A stretch of DNA of 64,000 nucleotides, from assembly GCA_900770785.1 (NCBI GenBank), contig CAAGLJ010000076.1:16764-80763 (forward strand), written 5' to 3'. Each line of letters begins with the position of its first letter. Positions within the stretch are counted from its first letter, which is position 1. A program made the position numbers and the translations under genes. The DNA is from Lachnospiraceae bacterium. Lineage in GTDB: Bacteria > Bacillota > Clostridia > Lachnospirales > Lachnospiraceae. Below, piece by piece: positions 37,916 through 47,970 of the stretch. The notes under the pieces are model-generated. The model was not told the origin of the DNA and searched no databases. It saw only the letters and a program-made list of their open reading frames with translations.

Positions 37916-40900
37916 ATGAGAAAGCATTTATTAAAAAGCCTTGCTTTTTTGCTTTTAGGGGTAATGATAAGCCTGGAGTGTTTGTCTGGCTATGCCACAA
38001 TTAACAGTCATGCCGCAGGAAATACACAGAGCAGTTATTATCTGTATCCTTTTGAGGAAGCAGTGGAAGCATTGGAACAGCTGGCCAGTGAGCAGGAGAT
38101 TCAGGCAGCAGTTTATCTGGCAGATGAGGTGAATATGAAGGCTCTGCCGGAAGAAAGCAGTGAGACGGTGAGAGTACTGGCATCCGGTGACGTAGTACGG
38201 ATTATTGGAGTGGGTCAGGATGCAGACTACGGTATATGGTATGAGGCGGTCTTTCAACAGGAAACAGAAAAGGTTGTAGGCTATATCAGCCGTTCCTATC
38301 TGGCCTGTACACAGATCGAATTTATGGAATGGGAAAGTAATTATGTACGAAGTGCAACGGTCTTTCGACGTATGGCACGTGCGGTAAGCTACCCGGATGT
38401 GGAGCAGTTTCCTGAGTCCTATCAGGATGCCTTGTATCAATTAAAGCAGCAGCATCCGAACTGGATTTTTGTCAAAATGAATACGGGAATTTCATGGAAA
38501 ACCTTAGTAAGCAATCAGTTGGGAGAAAGAAGCCTTATTTATGCTCCCACCTCCCCGGATGGATGGAAAAATGGTATGTATGGAACGAATTGGGCCTATG
38601 CTTCTGAGGGGATACTGAAATATTATCTTGATCCAAGAAATTTTTTGGATGATAATGGGATTTTTCAGTTTGAGCTTTTAGGATATTCAGAGGAATATCA
38701 TACTGTGGAAGCAGTTAATCATATTTTAAATGGTACATTCATGTACAATGCCACCATTGAAAATGGAAAAACCTATGCCCAGAATTTCGTGGAGCTGGGA
38801 CAATCCACACAGGTAAGCCCCTTCCTCATGGCATCACGAATCCGACAGGAGCAGGGAGCCCAGGGGAACAGTGCATTAATTTCCGGAACCTATACCGGAT
38901 TTGAAGGCTACTATAACTATTATAATATTGGTGCCAGTGGAAAGACGGACAAAGAGATCATAGAAAGCGGTCTTGCCAGGGCAAAAAAAGAAGGCTGGAA
39001 CAGCCGCTACAAAGCCCTGGAAGCAGGGGCAAATTTTCTGGGAAGCTCATATATCAAGCATGGACAGGATACCCTGTATCTTCAAAAATTTGATGTAGAC
39101 AGTCGTTATGACGGTGTTTTCTGGCATCAATATATGCAAAATATTGAAGCACCCTATAAGGAGAGCTTGTCCGTAAAAAGAGCGTATGAGAAAGCAGGTC
39201 TTATTGACTCAGCCTATATTTTCCGAATACCGGTTTATGAAGGTATGCCTTCTTCTGCCAGTGTACTGCCCGGACAGGAGGATAAGATTACTTTAAGCAG
39301 TACAGAAATTGATAATCTGCAGGTAGATGCACAGGTAACGCTGCACCCCTTTATCAATGGAGAAGAGGCAGAAGGAATAGAATGGGAGTTTATCAGTTCA
39401 GATACTGCCGTTGCTACTGTGGATGCACAGGGGGTAGTAACTGCACTTAAACCGGGAGAAACCCTTATTACCTGTAGAAAAAAAGAGGACATGGACAACA
39501 CCATAGAGGGAACCTGCAGAATTACGGTAATTAAAGCAGATGTGGATATCAGTAAGCTGACCATTCCGCAGCTGGAACCAATCACCTATAATTCCAGGGC
39601 TGTATTAGGCGATATTTCCTTGCCGGAGGGCTACAGCTGGGCAAATCCTGAGTTGGTTCCTACAGTAAAACAGACTGCCTATGCAGTGGAATATAATTTA
39701 GATGACAGCAAGTATAACAGTATTATGCTGGATATTCCTTTAACTGTAAATAAAGCAATTCCTGAGATTACTGTACCCACAGGCTTACAGGGAGGGGCAA
39801 CAAGAGATTTGTCCAGTGTACAGCTGCCTAAGGGCTATTACTGGATGGAGCCTGAAGCAAAGCTACCGGGTACCGTTGGAACGGCGACCTTCCGGGCAGG
39901 TTATAACCCGGATATAGAAAATTATGAATCGGTAGAAAATATTAACCTTACAGTGCAAGTGATTTGTGATAAGCATAATTTTGGTGAATGGCGGATCACA
40001 GAAGCAACCTGTGATGTTGACGGAATAAAGGTAAGAAGCTGTACAATCTGTGGAGAAAAAGAGGAAATTGTTCTTCCGGCCACAGGCCATTCTTATGAAG
40101 CAGAGGTGATAAAGGAGGCTACTGAGAAGCAGGAAGGGGAACGTCTCTATACCTGTGTAAACTGCCGGCACAGCTATACTGAAAGTATTCCCAGATTACC
40201 GGCAAAGCATGAACATAGCTATCAAAAAGAGGTTGTGAAAAAAGCTTCCTGTACAACGGAAGGCCTTCTTAGATACACCTGCAGCTGTGGGGATACCTAT
40301 GAGGAAGTGATTCTGGCTACGGGACACAGTATGAAAGAAGGAAGCTGTACCATATGCGGATACAAGGAGAGCAGCGGTACAGGAACCTCCGGTACTGGAA
40401 GTGTTACAAATCAGGGTGGAAGTACGAACAGCACAAACACGAGTCAGGGAGGAAATACGACTGCCGGGGGAAATACAGGCCAGGGCAGTGGAACGACTTC
40501 TGGTGAGAACACGAATCAGGGGAGTGGTACAGCTTCCGGTGGGAACACGAGCCAGGGAGGAAATACGACTGCCGGGGGAAATACAGGCCAGAGCAGCGGA
40601 ACAACTTCTGGTGGGAACACGAACCAGAACGGGGGTACGACTACTGGAGGTAGTACATCAGGCAATACCAACAGTGGGAACGCATCTGGAAACAGTACAG
40701 CAAATAGTGGAACAGGAGCTGGAAGCACAGGCAGCACCGCAGCAGGAAATACTACAACCAGCCAAAGTACAGGCAGTACCGCAGCAGGAAATACTACAAC
40801 CAGCCAAAGTACAAGCGGTACAACAACGGGAAATGCTGCGACCAGCAAAAACACAGGTACAGCAGAAGGTGCAGCAAACAGTGCAGCCGGAAATACAACA

Positions 40901-41878
40901 GCCCCAGCAGGGAATACTACTTCGGGAAGCACCGGTAATACCAGGGCTGATGTGACAGCTGCGCCAGCCAATGCGGAGGAACAAATCATAGCCGATGCGG
41001 TAAAACAGGTTAAGCAGGAAAATGGCAGCACCGCACCGGCTAAGGAAGAAAAGGTGATTATTGCCTTAAATGGTAACAATACCAGAATTTCGGACAAGGT
41101 TGTGGATACAGCCGTCAGTCATGGAGTAGATTTGGAACTGGAATTACCTAATACATTAGTATGGATAATTGATGCCAGGAGTCTTACTGGAGCCCTGACT
41201 GGTGAAATTGACATGGATGCCCGGTTTATAGAGGGAATTCTGGACAGGAAATGGATTGAAGCTACAGCAAAAGGAAGAGATTATCTTGAACTACAGCTGG
41301 CTCATACTGGAGATTTTGGCTTTACGGCAGACCTTATTATACCGGTAGAGGAAAAATATATTGGAAAAACGGCAAATCTGTTCTACTTTAATGAAGAAAC
41401 AGGAATGCTGGAATTTCAGATGGCGTCTGGAGTAAGTGAAGAGGCGGAGGTGATTTTTACCTTTACTCATGCATCAGATTATCTGATCGTCTTTGCAGAT
41501 GGCTCTATGGCAGAGGAAACTTTTCCTGCAAATACTCAGGAAATAGAAGTTTCTGAGGATGCATCAGCTGTGACTGGAACAGTAGAAAAAGAAGAAAATA
41601 ATTCTTTGAAGATACTGGTGCTTATTACCCTGATTATTATGCTGTTAGCAGTATTTCCCGTAATTTGGGGGCTTTGGCTAAATCACAGGAAACAGGATAA
41701 AATATATAATGACCAAAAAGAAGAAATATCTGACGGAGAAGAGGACTTTTTTCAGGAGCTTGCAGCCAGTGCCAGAAAGGAGATTAGGGAAGAGAAAAAA
41801 AGACAGGAAGAAAAGAAAAGTCTCAGTGAAGATGAGTACTTTGATGAGGATGTAGATGACTACCGGGAGCGTTCTTAG
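37916..41878 (+). CDS. large cell-surface protein. Contains a signal peptide, SH3b-like domain, putative peptidoglycan-hydrolase-like domain (tentative glucosaminidase-type), Ig-like Big_2 repeats, Cys-rich CxxCG...ATGHS repeats, about 190-aa Gly/Thr/Ser/Asn low-complexity linker, C-terminal TM anchor and acidic tail.
   Basis: N-terminal signal-like hydrophobic segment. Repeated LP(E/K)GYxWxxPE and CTICG/CSCG...ATGHS units. Tandem nucleotide repeats at 40380-40960. C-terminal ILVLITLIIMLLAVFPVIWGLWL helix followed by a charged tail. Confidence 0.8.
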   Translation: MRKHLLKSLAFLLLGVMISLECLSGYATINSHAAGNTQSSYYLYPFEEAVEALEQLASEQEIQAAVYLADEVNMKALPEESSETVRVLASGDVVRIIGVGQDADYGIWYEAVFQQETEKVVGYISRSYLACTQIEFMEWESNYVRSATVFRRMARAVSYPDVEQFPESYQDALYQLKQQHPNWIFVKMNTGISWKTLVSNQLGERSLIYAPTSPDGWKNGMYGTNWAYASEGILKYYLDPRNFLDDNGIFQFELLGYSEEYHTVEAVNHILNGTFMYNATIENGKTYAQNFVELGQSTQVSPFLMASRIRQEQGAQGNSALISGTYTGFEGYYNYYNIGASGKTDKEIIESGLARAKKEGWNSRYKALEAGANFLGSSYIKHGQDTLYLQKFDVDSRYDGVFWHQYMQNIEAPYKESLSVKRAYEKAGLIDSAYIFRIPVYEGMPSSASVLPGQEDKITLSSTEIDNLQVDAQVTLHPFINGEEAEGIEWEFISSDTAVATVDAQGVVTALKPGETLITCRKKEDMDNTIEGTCRITVIKADVDISKLTIPQLEPITYNSRAVLGDISLPEGYSWANPELVPTVKQTAYAVEYNLDDSKYNSIMLDIPLTVNKAIPEITVPTGLQGGATRDLSSVQLPKGYYWMEPEAKLPGTVGTATFRAGYNPDIENYESVENINLTVQVICDKHNFGEWRITEATCDVDGIKVRSCTICGEKEEIVLPATGHSYEAEVIKEATEKQEGERLYTCVNCRHSYTESIPRLPAKHEHSYQKEVVKKASCTTEGLLRYTCSCGDTYEEVILATGHSMKEGSCTICGYKESSGTGTSGTGSVTNQGGSTNSTNTSQGGNTTAGGNTGQGSGTTSGENTNQGSGTASGGNTSQGGNTTAGGNTGQSSGTTSGGNTNQNGGTTTGGSTSGNTNSGNASGNSTANSGTGAGSTGSTAAGNTTTSQSTGSTAAGNTTTSQSTSGTTTGNAATSKNTGTAEGAANSAAGNTTAPAGNTTSGSTGNTRADVTAAPANAEEQIIADAVKQVKQENGSTAPAKEEKVIIALNGNNTRISDKVVDTAVSHGVDLELELPNTLVWIIDARSLTGALTGEIDMDARFIEGILDRKWIEATAKGRDYLELQLAHTGDFGFTADLIIPVEEKYIGKTANLFYFNEETGMLEFQMASGVSEEAEVIFTFTHASDYLIVFADGSMAEETFPANTQEIEVSEDASAVTGTVEKEENNSLKILVLITLIIMLLAVFPVIWGLWLNHRKQDKIYNDQKEEISDGEEDFFQELAASARKEIREEKKRQEEKKSLSEDEYFDEDVDDYRERS
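40380..40960 (+). repeat. in-frame tandem nucleotide repeats (period about 113 bp, plus 39-bp units) encoding the GGNT/SGTT low-complexity linker
   Basis: Near-identical copies, e.g. CAGGGAGGAAATACGACTGCCGGGGGAAATACAGGCCAG at 40440 and 40553, and ACCGCAGCAGGAAATACTACAACCAGCCAAAGTACA at 40738 and 40777. Confidence 0.8.
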
Positions 41879-41975
41879 AAAGAAGGATTGAAATAATCTG
41901 TGATATTTTATACAATGGTGGCAGCAGGTGGCTGTTGCCACCATTATTTTTTGTGTTAGGAGAGGAGCAAAACTA

Positions 41976-43073
41976 ATGAAGAGAAAGTTAAGCAAACTGT
42001 TTTTTTTGCTGACGATTGCAGTATGCATTGCAGGCTGTGGTGATAAGGGAGGGGCAGCTGACGCCCAGGAAGCAGCGGCTTCAAAGCAGGAGGCGGCCGT
42101 GGGAGAAGACACGGAACAAGTGGCTGAGGATGTTATTCCGGAAGGAATGTACCGCAGTGAGCTGACCAATGAATTAATTTCTGAGGAAATAAAGAACCAG
42201 AGACCTATTGCGGCAATGGTGGATAATGAGAAGACTGCTCTGCCGCACTTTGGTATCAGTCAGGCAGACGTTGTATATGAGATGATGAACAGCACCAAGA
42301 ATAATCGGATTACCCGTTTAATGGTATTGGTGAAGGACTGGGGAAATATTGAACAGCTGGGAAGCATTCGTTCCCTTCGCCCTACCAATATTCTTTTGGC
42401 CGGAGAGTGGGATGCGGTTATCTGCCATGACGGCGGTCCTTTTTATAATGATCCCTATCTGGCTGAAAAGCATATTCAGAATTTCAGCGGAAATTTTTCA
42501 CGTGTGAAGAATGGTAAGGCATACGAATTTACCGAATATATTTTACAGGGAGATCTGGAGAAGAATTTTGAAAGCACAGGCTATTCTACAGAATATACGG
42601 AATACTATCCAGGGGCCCATTTCCAGTTTGCGACTGAGGCAAATCCCATCGATTTTTCTGACAGCGAAGAAGCCTTGGAGGCCAATACAGTAATTCTGCC
42701 CTTTGAACATAATGGTTCCTATCTGAAGTATGATGAGAGCAGCGGACTGTATAAGTACTATGAGTACGGCAGTGCCCATGTGGATGCTGGAAATAACAAT
42801 GAACAGACGGCTTTTAAAAATGTATTGATTCAGTACTGTACCTTCAGTCAGTATGATGAGAATGGATATATGATTTTCAACTGTATTGACAGAGACAAAC
42901 CGGGCTATTATATAACCAATGGCAAAGCCATTCCGGTAACCTGGACGAAGTCAGGTTCAACAGACATTACCCGCTATTATGATGAAGCAGGAAATGAGAT
43001 TACGATTAATACCGGTAAAACCTATATTGCTTTCGTTCCCGATGATAACTGGGAAGATTTACAAATTAAATAA
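41976..43073 (+). CDS. DUF3048-family lipoprotein (YerB-like)
   Basis: Lipobox LTIAVCIAGCG, then PIAAMVDNEKTALPHFGISQADVVYEMM..TRLMVLV, characteristic of DUF3048 N-terminal domain. AGGAGAGGAG RBS before ATG 41976. Confidence 0.65.
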   Translation: MKRKLSKLFFLLTIAVCIAGCGDKGGAADAQEAAASKQEAAVGEDTEQVAEDVIPEGMYRSELTNELISEEIKNQRPIAAMVDNEKTALPHFGISQADVVYEMMNSTKNNRITRLMVLVKDWGNIEQLGSIRSLRPTNILLAGEWDAVICHDGGPFYNDPYLAEKHIQNFSGNFSRVKNGKAYEFTEYILQGDLEKNFESTGYSTEYTEYYPGAHFQFATEANPIDFSDSEEALEANTVILPFEHNGSYLKYDESSGLYKYYEYGSAHVDAGNNNEQTAFKNVLIQYCTFSQYDENGYMIFNCIDRDKPGYYITNGKAIPVTWTKSGSTDITRYYDEAGNEITINTGKTYIAFVPDDNWEDLQIK

Positions 43074-43083
43074 TTCGGTAAAA

Positions 43084-43121
43084 AGGGCTGTATGCTAAAA
43101 GGGCAGACAGTCCTTTTTTTG
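43084..43121 (+). terminator. rho-independent terminator
   Basis: AGGGCTGT..ACAGTCCT hairpin followed by TTTTTTT. Confidence 0.65.
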
Positions 43122-43255
43122 TCTTCATTACGCCTGCCTTCTCTCTTTTGGTATTTCTTCACAGTTTTGGCATATACATATAACAGGCTATGCAGAGATA
43201 ACCCCTTTGCTCGCAGGTGGCTCGGATTTTCTTCAGGAAGAACAAGGAGGGAGAT

Positions 43256-44743
43256 ATGGATCATTTAAATGGAAATACATACGATTTATACAAGGATATA
43301 CAGCTTCGGACAGGAGGAGAAATCTATCTGGGAGTAGTTGGGCCGGTAAGAACCGGAAAATCTACTTTTATTAAACGATTTATGGAGCTTCTGGTGCTGC
43401 CGGGCATGGAAACGGAAGAGGAAAGAATACGTGCAAGAGATGAACTTCCGCAAAGTGCAGGAGGAAAGACGATTACTACAACAGAGCCCAAGTTTATTCC
43501 TCAGAAGGCAGCTGACATTCATCTGTCAGAGGATATTCGGGTAAAGGTAAGGCTGATTGACTGTGTCGGATTTATGGTAGATGGAGCAACAGGACATATG
43601 GAAGAAGACAGGGAACGAATGGTAAAAACACCCTGGTTTTCCGAGGCAATTCCTTTTACTAAAGCGGCCCAGATAGGAACCCAGAAAGTTATTTCGGATC
43701 ATTCTACCCTGGGGCTGGTGGTAACCACCGATGGAACCATCGGAGAATTGGACAGAAAACAGTATCTTGCTGCAGAAGAGCATACGATTACTGAGTTGAA
43801 AAAATTACAGAAGCCCTTTCTGGTGCTGGTGAATTCCAGTCGGCCTTATGGAGAAGAAGCACGCCAGACGGCAGAAGAAATCAGAGAGAAATATGGAGCC
43901 ACCGCATTGGTAATGAACTGTATGCAAATGAAGATTGAGGACATTTACCAGTGCATGCGTGAGGTGCTTCAGGAATTTCCCGTATCCAGTATGGAATTTT
44001 TTGTACCCAAATGGGTGGAAAGTCTGTCCAATACCCACCCTCTTAAGGCAGATATTATTGAGCATATCCGCAGCTATATGGAAAAGATTAAGAAGATGAA
44101 GGATATTCTTAAGGAAGAGCCGGATATGGTCAGCAATTTTGTCACCAGATGTACCTGTGGAGAAATTTCCATGGCTACCGGAAAAGTGATTTTTTATCTG
44201 GATGTGGATGAAAAGTATTACTATGATATGCTGAGTGACATAACAGGAGAGTCTCTCGACAGCCAATACCAGCTTCTGGAGCTTTTAAAGGGATACAGAA
44301 GCAGAAAACAGGAGTACGAGAGGGTGCTAAGGGCGGTAGAGGATGTAAGAAGCAGAGGCTATGGGGTAGTTATGCCTGACCGGGAGGAAATTCTTTTGGA
44401 AGAGCCTCAGGTAGTCAGACATGGCAGTAAGTTTGGAGTAAAAATCAGAGCGGAAAGCCCCTCTGTTCATATGATACGTGCCAATGTAGTAACCGAAATC
44501 GCCCCTATTGTGGGAAATGAACAGCAGGCTTTGGACTTGATTCAGTATATTAAGAGTGAGCGAGAAACCGAAAAAGGCATCTGGGAGACTAATATTTTCG
44601 GGAAAACAGTAGAACAGCTGATTTTTGACGGAATACAGAATAAAATTTCGGGAATTGGAGAGGAGAGCCAGATAAACCTGCAGGAAACCATGCAAAAAAT
44701 TCTGAATGAAAGTAAGGGCGGCATGATTTTCATCATTATCTGA
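43256..44743 (+). CDS. spoIVA: stage IV sporulation protein A (spore coat morphogenetic ATPase)
   Basis: N-terminus DIQLRTGGEIYLGVVGPVRTGKSTFIKRFMELLVLP is nearly identical to Bacillus/Clostridium SpoIVA (Walker A GPVRTGKST). Length 495 aa. AGGAGGG RBS. Confidence 0.9.
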   Translation: MDHLNGNTYDLYKDIQLRTGGEIYLGVVGPVRTGKSTFIKRFMELLVLPGMETEEERIRARDELPQSAGGKTITTTEPKFIPQKAADIHLSEDIRVKVRLIDCVGFMVDGATGHMEEDRERMVKTPWFSEAIPFTKAAQIGTQKVISDHSTLGLVVTTDGTIGELDRKQYLAAEEHTITELKKLQKPFLVLVNSSRPYGEEARQTAEEIREKYGATALVMNCMQMKIEDIYQCMREVLQEFPVSSMEFFVPKWVESLSNTHPLKADIIEHIRSYMEKIKKMKDILKEEPDMVSNFVTRCTCGEISMATGKVIFYLDVDEKYYYDMLSDITGESLDSQYQLLELLKGYRSRKQEYERVLRAVEDVRSRGYGVVMPDREEILLEEPQVVRHGSKFGVKIRAESPSVHMIRANVVTEIAPIVGNEQQALDLIQYIKSERETEKGIWETNIFGKTVEQLIFDGIQNKISGIGEESQINLQETMQKILNESKGGMIFIII

Positions 44744-44797
44744 TTCACCCGTTTAGTTTGGAAAATAGATATATACAAAAAGAATTCACTTATGGTA

Positions 44798-44833
44798 AAA
44801 TAGTAGCGTTATCAAAATGACGCTACTATTTTT
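44798..44833 (+). terminator. rho-independent terminator after spoIVA
   Basis: AAATAGTAGCG-ttatcaaaatga-CGCTACTATTT followed by TTTTG. Confidence 0.75.
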
Positions 44834-44862
44834 GTGTTCAAAAAGGGAGGCTTAAACAAAGG

Positions 44863-45870
44863 ATGGCGAAGCAGGAGCTTTACGAGGTTCAGTATACAAC
44901 ACCCAACAAAAAAGTAGTTAAAACATACCTGCCTGCCCTGAAAAAGCCGACGGGACGTTCAGGACAAAAGGGGAAGGTCACCTGGGGAGTGATTTTCCAG
45001 ATTATCGGTATTTTGGGTTTGCAGTACTTGCCGGAAATGGCGGCAGAGGGGGCTGCACTGATGAGTCTTTTGACCAGGTTTCTCCTTTATGGCGGACTGC
45101 TGGCATTCGGTTTTTTACGGGTAAGACAGGGGAAACTGGCTCTGGGCCGGATGGACAGATATTTTCGTTATATGAAGGTATTTGAAAATCAGCCATATGC
45201 CTCCATAGAGGAACTGGCAGGAAAGGTGGCCAAGAAGCCCAGAGTGGTAGTCAAGGATTTGGAATATATGATGGATGCAGGCTGGTTTCTGGAAGCCCAT
45301 CTGGATCAGAAACGGAATTATTTTATGCTGACTAATCAGGCCTATCAGCAATTTAATGAGGCGGAAAAGGGAAGGATAATCCGGGAGCAGGAGCAGCAGG
45401 AAAAACAGTTTGAGGAAAGTGATCCTACAGTCAAAGAGCTTTCCCAGATGCTTAATGAAGGAAAAGAATATATTAAAGAGATACATAGACTGAATGAAGG
45501 CATTATGGGAGAAGAGGTCAGCAAAAAGCTGTATGTGATAGAGGATGTGGTAAGCAGTATTTTTGAACAGGTAAGAAGAAGGCCGGAGAAGATGCCGGAT
45601 TTACGTAAATTTATGCAGTATTATCTTCCAACGACGGTGAAAGTAATCAGAACCTATCGGGATTTTGAAAATGAAAGCCTGCCAAGCAGCCAGCTGGAGG
45701 AAAGTAAAAAAGAAATTGAAGAAACCCTGGATAAAGTACAGGCAGCCTTCGTCAAACTAAGGGAGAAGCTGTTTGCTGAGGACATTATGGATGTGTCTAC
45801 GGATCTGGATGTGCTGGAAGCCATGATGTCCCAGGAGGGGCTGATTTCTGAGGACTTTAGGCCAGAATAA
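44863..45870 (+). CDS. XpaC-like membrane protein (5-bromo-4-chloroindolyl phosphate hydrolysis protein family), partner of TelA
   Basis: Two N-terminal TM helices followed by a charged helical C-terminal domain. It is adjacent to telA/yaaN, as xpaC-yaaN is in B. subtilis. Confidence 0.5.
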   Translation: MAKQELYEVQYTTPNKKVVKTYLPALKKPTGRSGQKGKVTWGVIFQIIGILGLQYLPEMAAEGAALMSLLTRFLLYGGLLAFGFLRVRQGKLALGRMDRYFRYMKVFENQPYASIEELAGKVAKKPRVVVKDLEYMMDAGWFLEAHLDQKRNYFMLTNQAYQQFNEAEKGRIIREQEQQEKQFEESDPTVKELSQMLNEGKEYIKEIHRLNEGIMGEEVSKKLYVIEDVVSSIFEQVRRRPEKMPDLRKFMQYYLPTTVKVIRTYRDFENESLPSSQLEESKKEIEETLDKVQAAFVKLREKLFAEDIMDVSTDLDVLEAMMSQEGLISEDFRPE

Positions 45871-45937
45871 AAGCAGGCAGCCAGGGAATTATTTAAAGTG
45901 AATACAAAAGAGTGGATAAGAAAGAGAGGACAGGCAG

Positions 45938-47092
45938 ATGGACAAATTTACGGATGCAGAAATTTTGGAATCGGCACCAACCCTTACCTTCGAGCCCTTT
46001 GCAGAGGAAAAGGCTTTACCCGATCCTGAAAAGCCAGAAGAGCTGGTCGAGATCAAGAAGGAGCTGGAGGAGCCTGCATTAACCGATGAAGAAAAGAAAA
46101 TGGTGCAGGAATTCAGTGAAAAAATTGATTTGAAAAACTCCAATCAGATACTTCAGTATGGTGCCGGTGCACAAAAAAAGATTGCTGATTTTTCCCAGTC
46201 TGCACTGGATAATGTAAGAACCAGAGATTTAGGAGAAGTGGGCGACCTTCTGGCAGGGGTAGTAGGGGAGTTAAAAGAGTTTGATGTTGAAGAGGACAAA
46301 GGCTTTTTGGGAATCTTCAAAAAAGCCGGGAACAGGCTGGATACTTTGAAAGCAAGATACAGCAAGGCAGAAGCCAATGTGAATAATATGGTTCAGGTAC
46401 TGGAGGGACATCAGATCCAGCTGATGAAAGATACTGCCATGCTGGATAAAATGTACGATATCAACAAAAACTATTTTAAAGAGCTGAATATGTATATTCT
46501 TGCCGGCAAGAAGAAAATTGAACAGACTAAAAATGTAGATTTGCCCACACTAATGGAAAAAGCCAAAGCCAGTGGACAGGCAGAGGATGCCCAGGAAGTA
46601 AATGATATGAAGGCTATGGTAGACCGGTTCGAGAAAAAGATCCATGATCTGGAGCTGACGAAAACCATTTCTTTGCAGATGGCACCCCAGATTCGTATGA
46701 TTCAGCACAATGATGTGGTAATGGCAGAAAAAATCCAATCCACACTGGTAAATACCATTCCCCTGTGGAAAAGCCAGATGGTTCTGGCACTGGGCATGAA
46801 TCGTTCAGTGGAGGCAGCAAAGGCTCAGCAGGCAGTCAACGATGTAACCAATGAGCTGCTGCGCAAAAATGCAGCCATCCTGCATCAGTCTTCGGTAGAA
46901 ACTGCCAGGGCCGCAGAACAGAGCATTGTGGATATCAATACGCTGACTGAAACCAATCAGCTGCTGATTCAGACACTGGATGAGGTTATGCAGATTCAAA
47001 CCGAAGGAAAACAGAAAAGACAGCAGGCAGAGGTGGAACTGAACCGTATTGAAAGCACACTGAAAGAGCGCCTGTTACAGATGAGAGGATAA
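45938..47092 (+). CDS. TelA/YaaN-family toxic anion resistance protein
   Basis: 384 aa, all-helical, with conserved TelA blocks (ILQYGAGAQKKIADFS, KARYSKAEANVNNMV). Confidence 0.8.
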   Translation: MDKFTDAEILESAPTLTFEPFAEEKALPDPEKPEELVEIKKELEEPALTDEEKKMVQEFSEKIDLKNSNQILQYGAGAQKKIADFSQSALDNVRTRDLGEVGDLLAGVVGELKEFDVEEDKGFLGIFKKAGNRLDTLKARYSKAEANVNNMVQVLEGHQIQLMKDTAMLDKMYDINKNYFKELNMYILAGKKKIEQTKNVDLPTLMEKAKASGQAEDAQEVNDMKAMVDRFEKKIHDLELTKTISLQMAPQIRMIQHNDVVMAEKIQSTLVNTIPLWKSQMVLALGMNRSVEAAKAQQAVNDVTNELLRKNAAILHQSSVETARAAEQSIVDINTLTETNQLLIQTLDEVMQIQTEGKQKRQQAEVELNRIESTLKERLLQMRG

Positions 47093-47112
47093 GAGAAGAG
47101 AAGGAGAAAAGA

Positions 47113-47949
47113 ATGAGTCAGGTATATGATAAATTAGTAAGCTGTTTAAACAGTATCAGAAGTAAAATTGATTTTGTTCCCGATGTAGCCATTGTACTGG
47201 GCTCCGGACTGGGCGACTATGGGAATGAAATCCGCGTGGAAGCGGAGCTTCCCTATGGAGAAATTGAAGGCTTTCCCGTATCCACTGTACCAGGCCATGC
47301 GGGAAAATTTATTTTTGGCTATGTAGGGGACGTTAAAGTGGTATGTATGCAGGGAAGGGTTCACTATTACGAAGGCTATCCCGTTTCAGATGTGGTTTTG
47401 CCTACCCGTCTGATGAAAATGCTGGGAGCAAAGATTCTCTTTTTGACCAATGCATCAGGCGGAATCAATCCTTCCTTTACGGCGGGTGATTTTATGATGT
47501 TAACGGATCACATCTCCATTTTTGCACCCAATCCGCTTATTGGCCCTAATCTGGACCAGTTAGGAACACGCTTCCCGGATATGACTTCTGTTTATGATAA
47601 GGAGCTGCAGGACATACTGGTGGAAACTGCGGTAGAAAATGGAATTGAGTTAAAAAAGGGCGTCTATGCCCAGCTGACCGGTCCTTCCTTTGAATCACCG
47701 GCAGAAATTCAACTTTTACACAAGCTGGAGGTGGACGCAGTAGGGATGTCTACTGTAGTGGAAGCCATTGCGGCTAATCACATGGGAATGAAAATTTGCG
47801 GTATCTCCTGCGTATGCAATCTGGCTGCCGGCATGAGTCCCAATCCATTGACCCATGAGGAGGTTCAGGAAGCAGCAAAAGTGGCAGCCCCCAAGTTTAA
47901 AAAGCTGCTTACCGAGGCGGTAATTAAATTTGGACAAAGATGTCTGTAA
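47113..47949 (+). CDS. punA: purine nucleoside phosphorylase (PNP/MTAP family 2, PunA-type)
   Basis: GSGLG, GHAGKFIFGYVG, MQGRVHYYEGY, TNASGGIN, VGMSTVVEAIAA, the conserved trimeric-PNP blocks. Confidence 0.8.
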   Translation: MSQVYDKLVSCLNSIRSKIDFVPDVAIVLGSGLGDYGNEIRVEAELPYGEIEGFPVSTVPGHAGKFIFGYVGDVKVVCMQGRVHYYEGYPVSDVVLPTRLMKMLGAKILFLTNASGGINPSFTAGDFMMLTDHISIFAPNPLIGPNLDQLGTRFPDMTSVYDKELQDILVETAVENGIELKKGVYAQLTGPSFESPAEIQLLHKLEVDAVGMSTVVEAIAANHMGMKICGISCVCNLAAGMSPNPLTHEEVQEAAKVAAPKFKKLLTEAVIKFGQRCL

Positions 47950-47970
47950 TACTTTGGGATGGAGGAAAAA

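Noticed and set aside
40404-41097. Several long minus-strand and alternative-frame ORFs (40404-40604, 40516-41097, 40658-40984, 40401-40955) predicted inside the surface-protein gene
   Set aside because: They lie entirely within the tandem-repeat, low-complexity region of the 1320-aa + strand gene. Their open frames are a by-product of the repetitive codon composition, and they have no RBS or independent signals.
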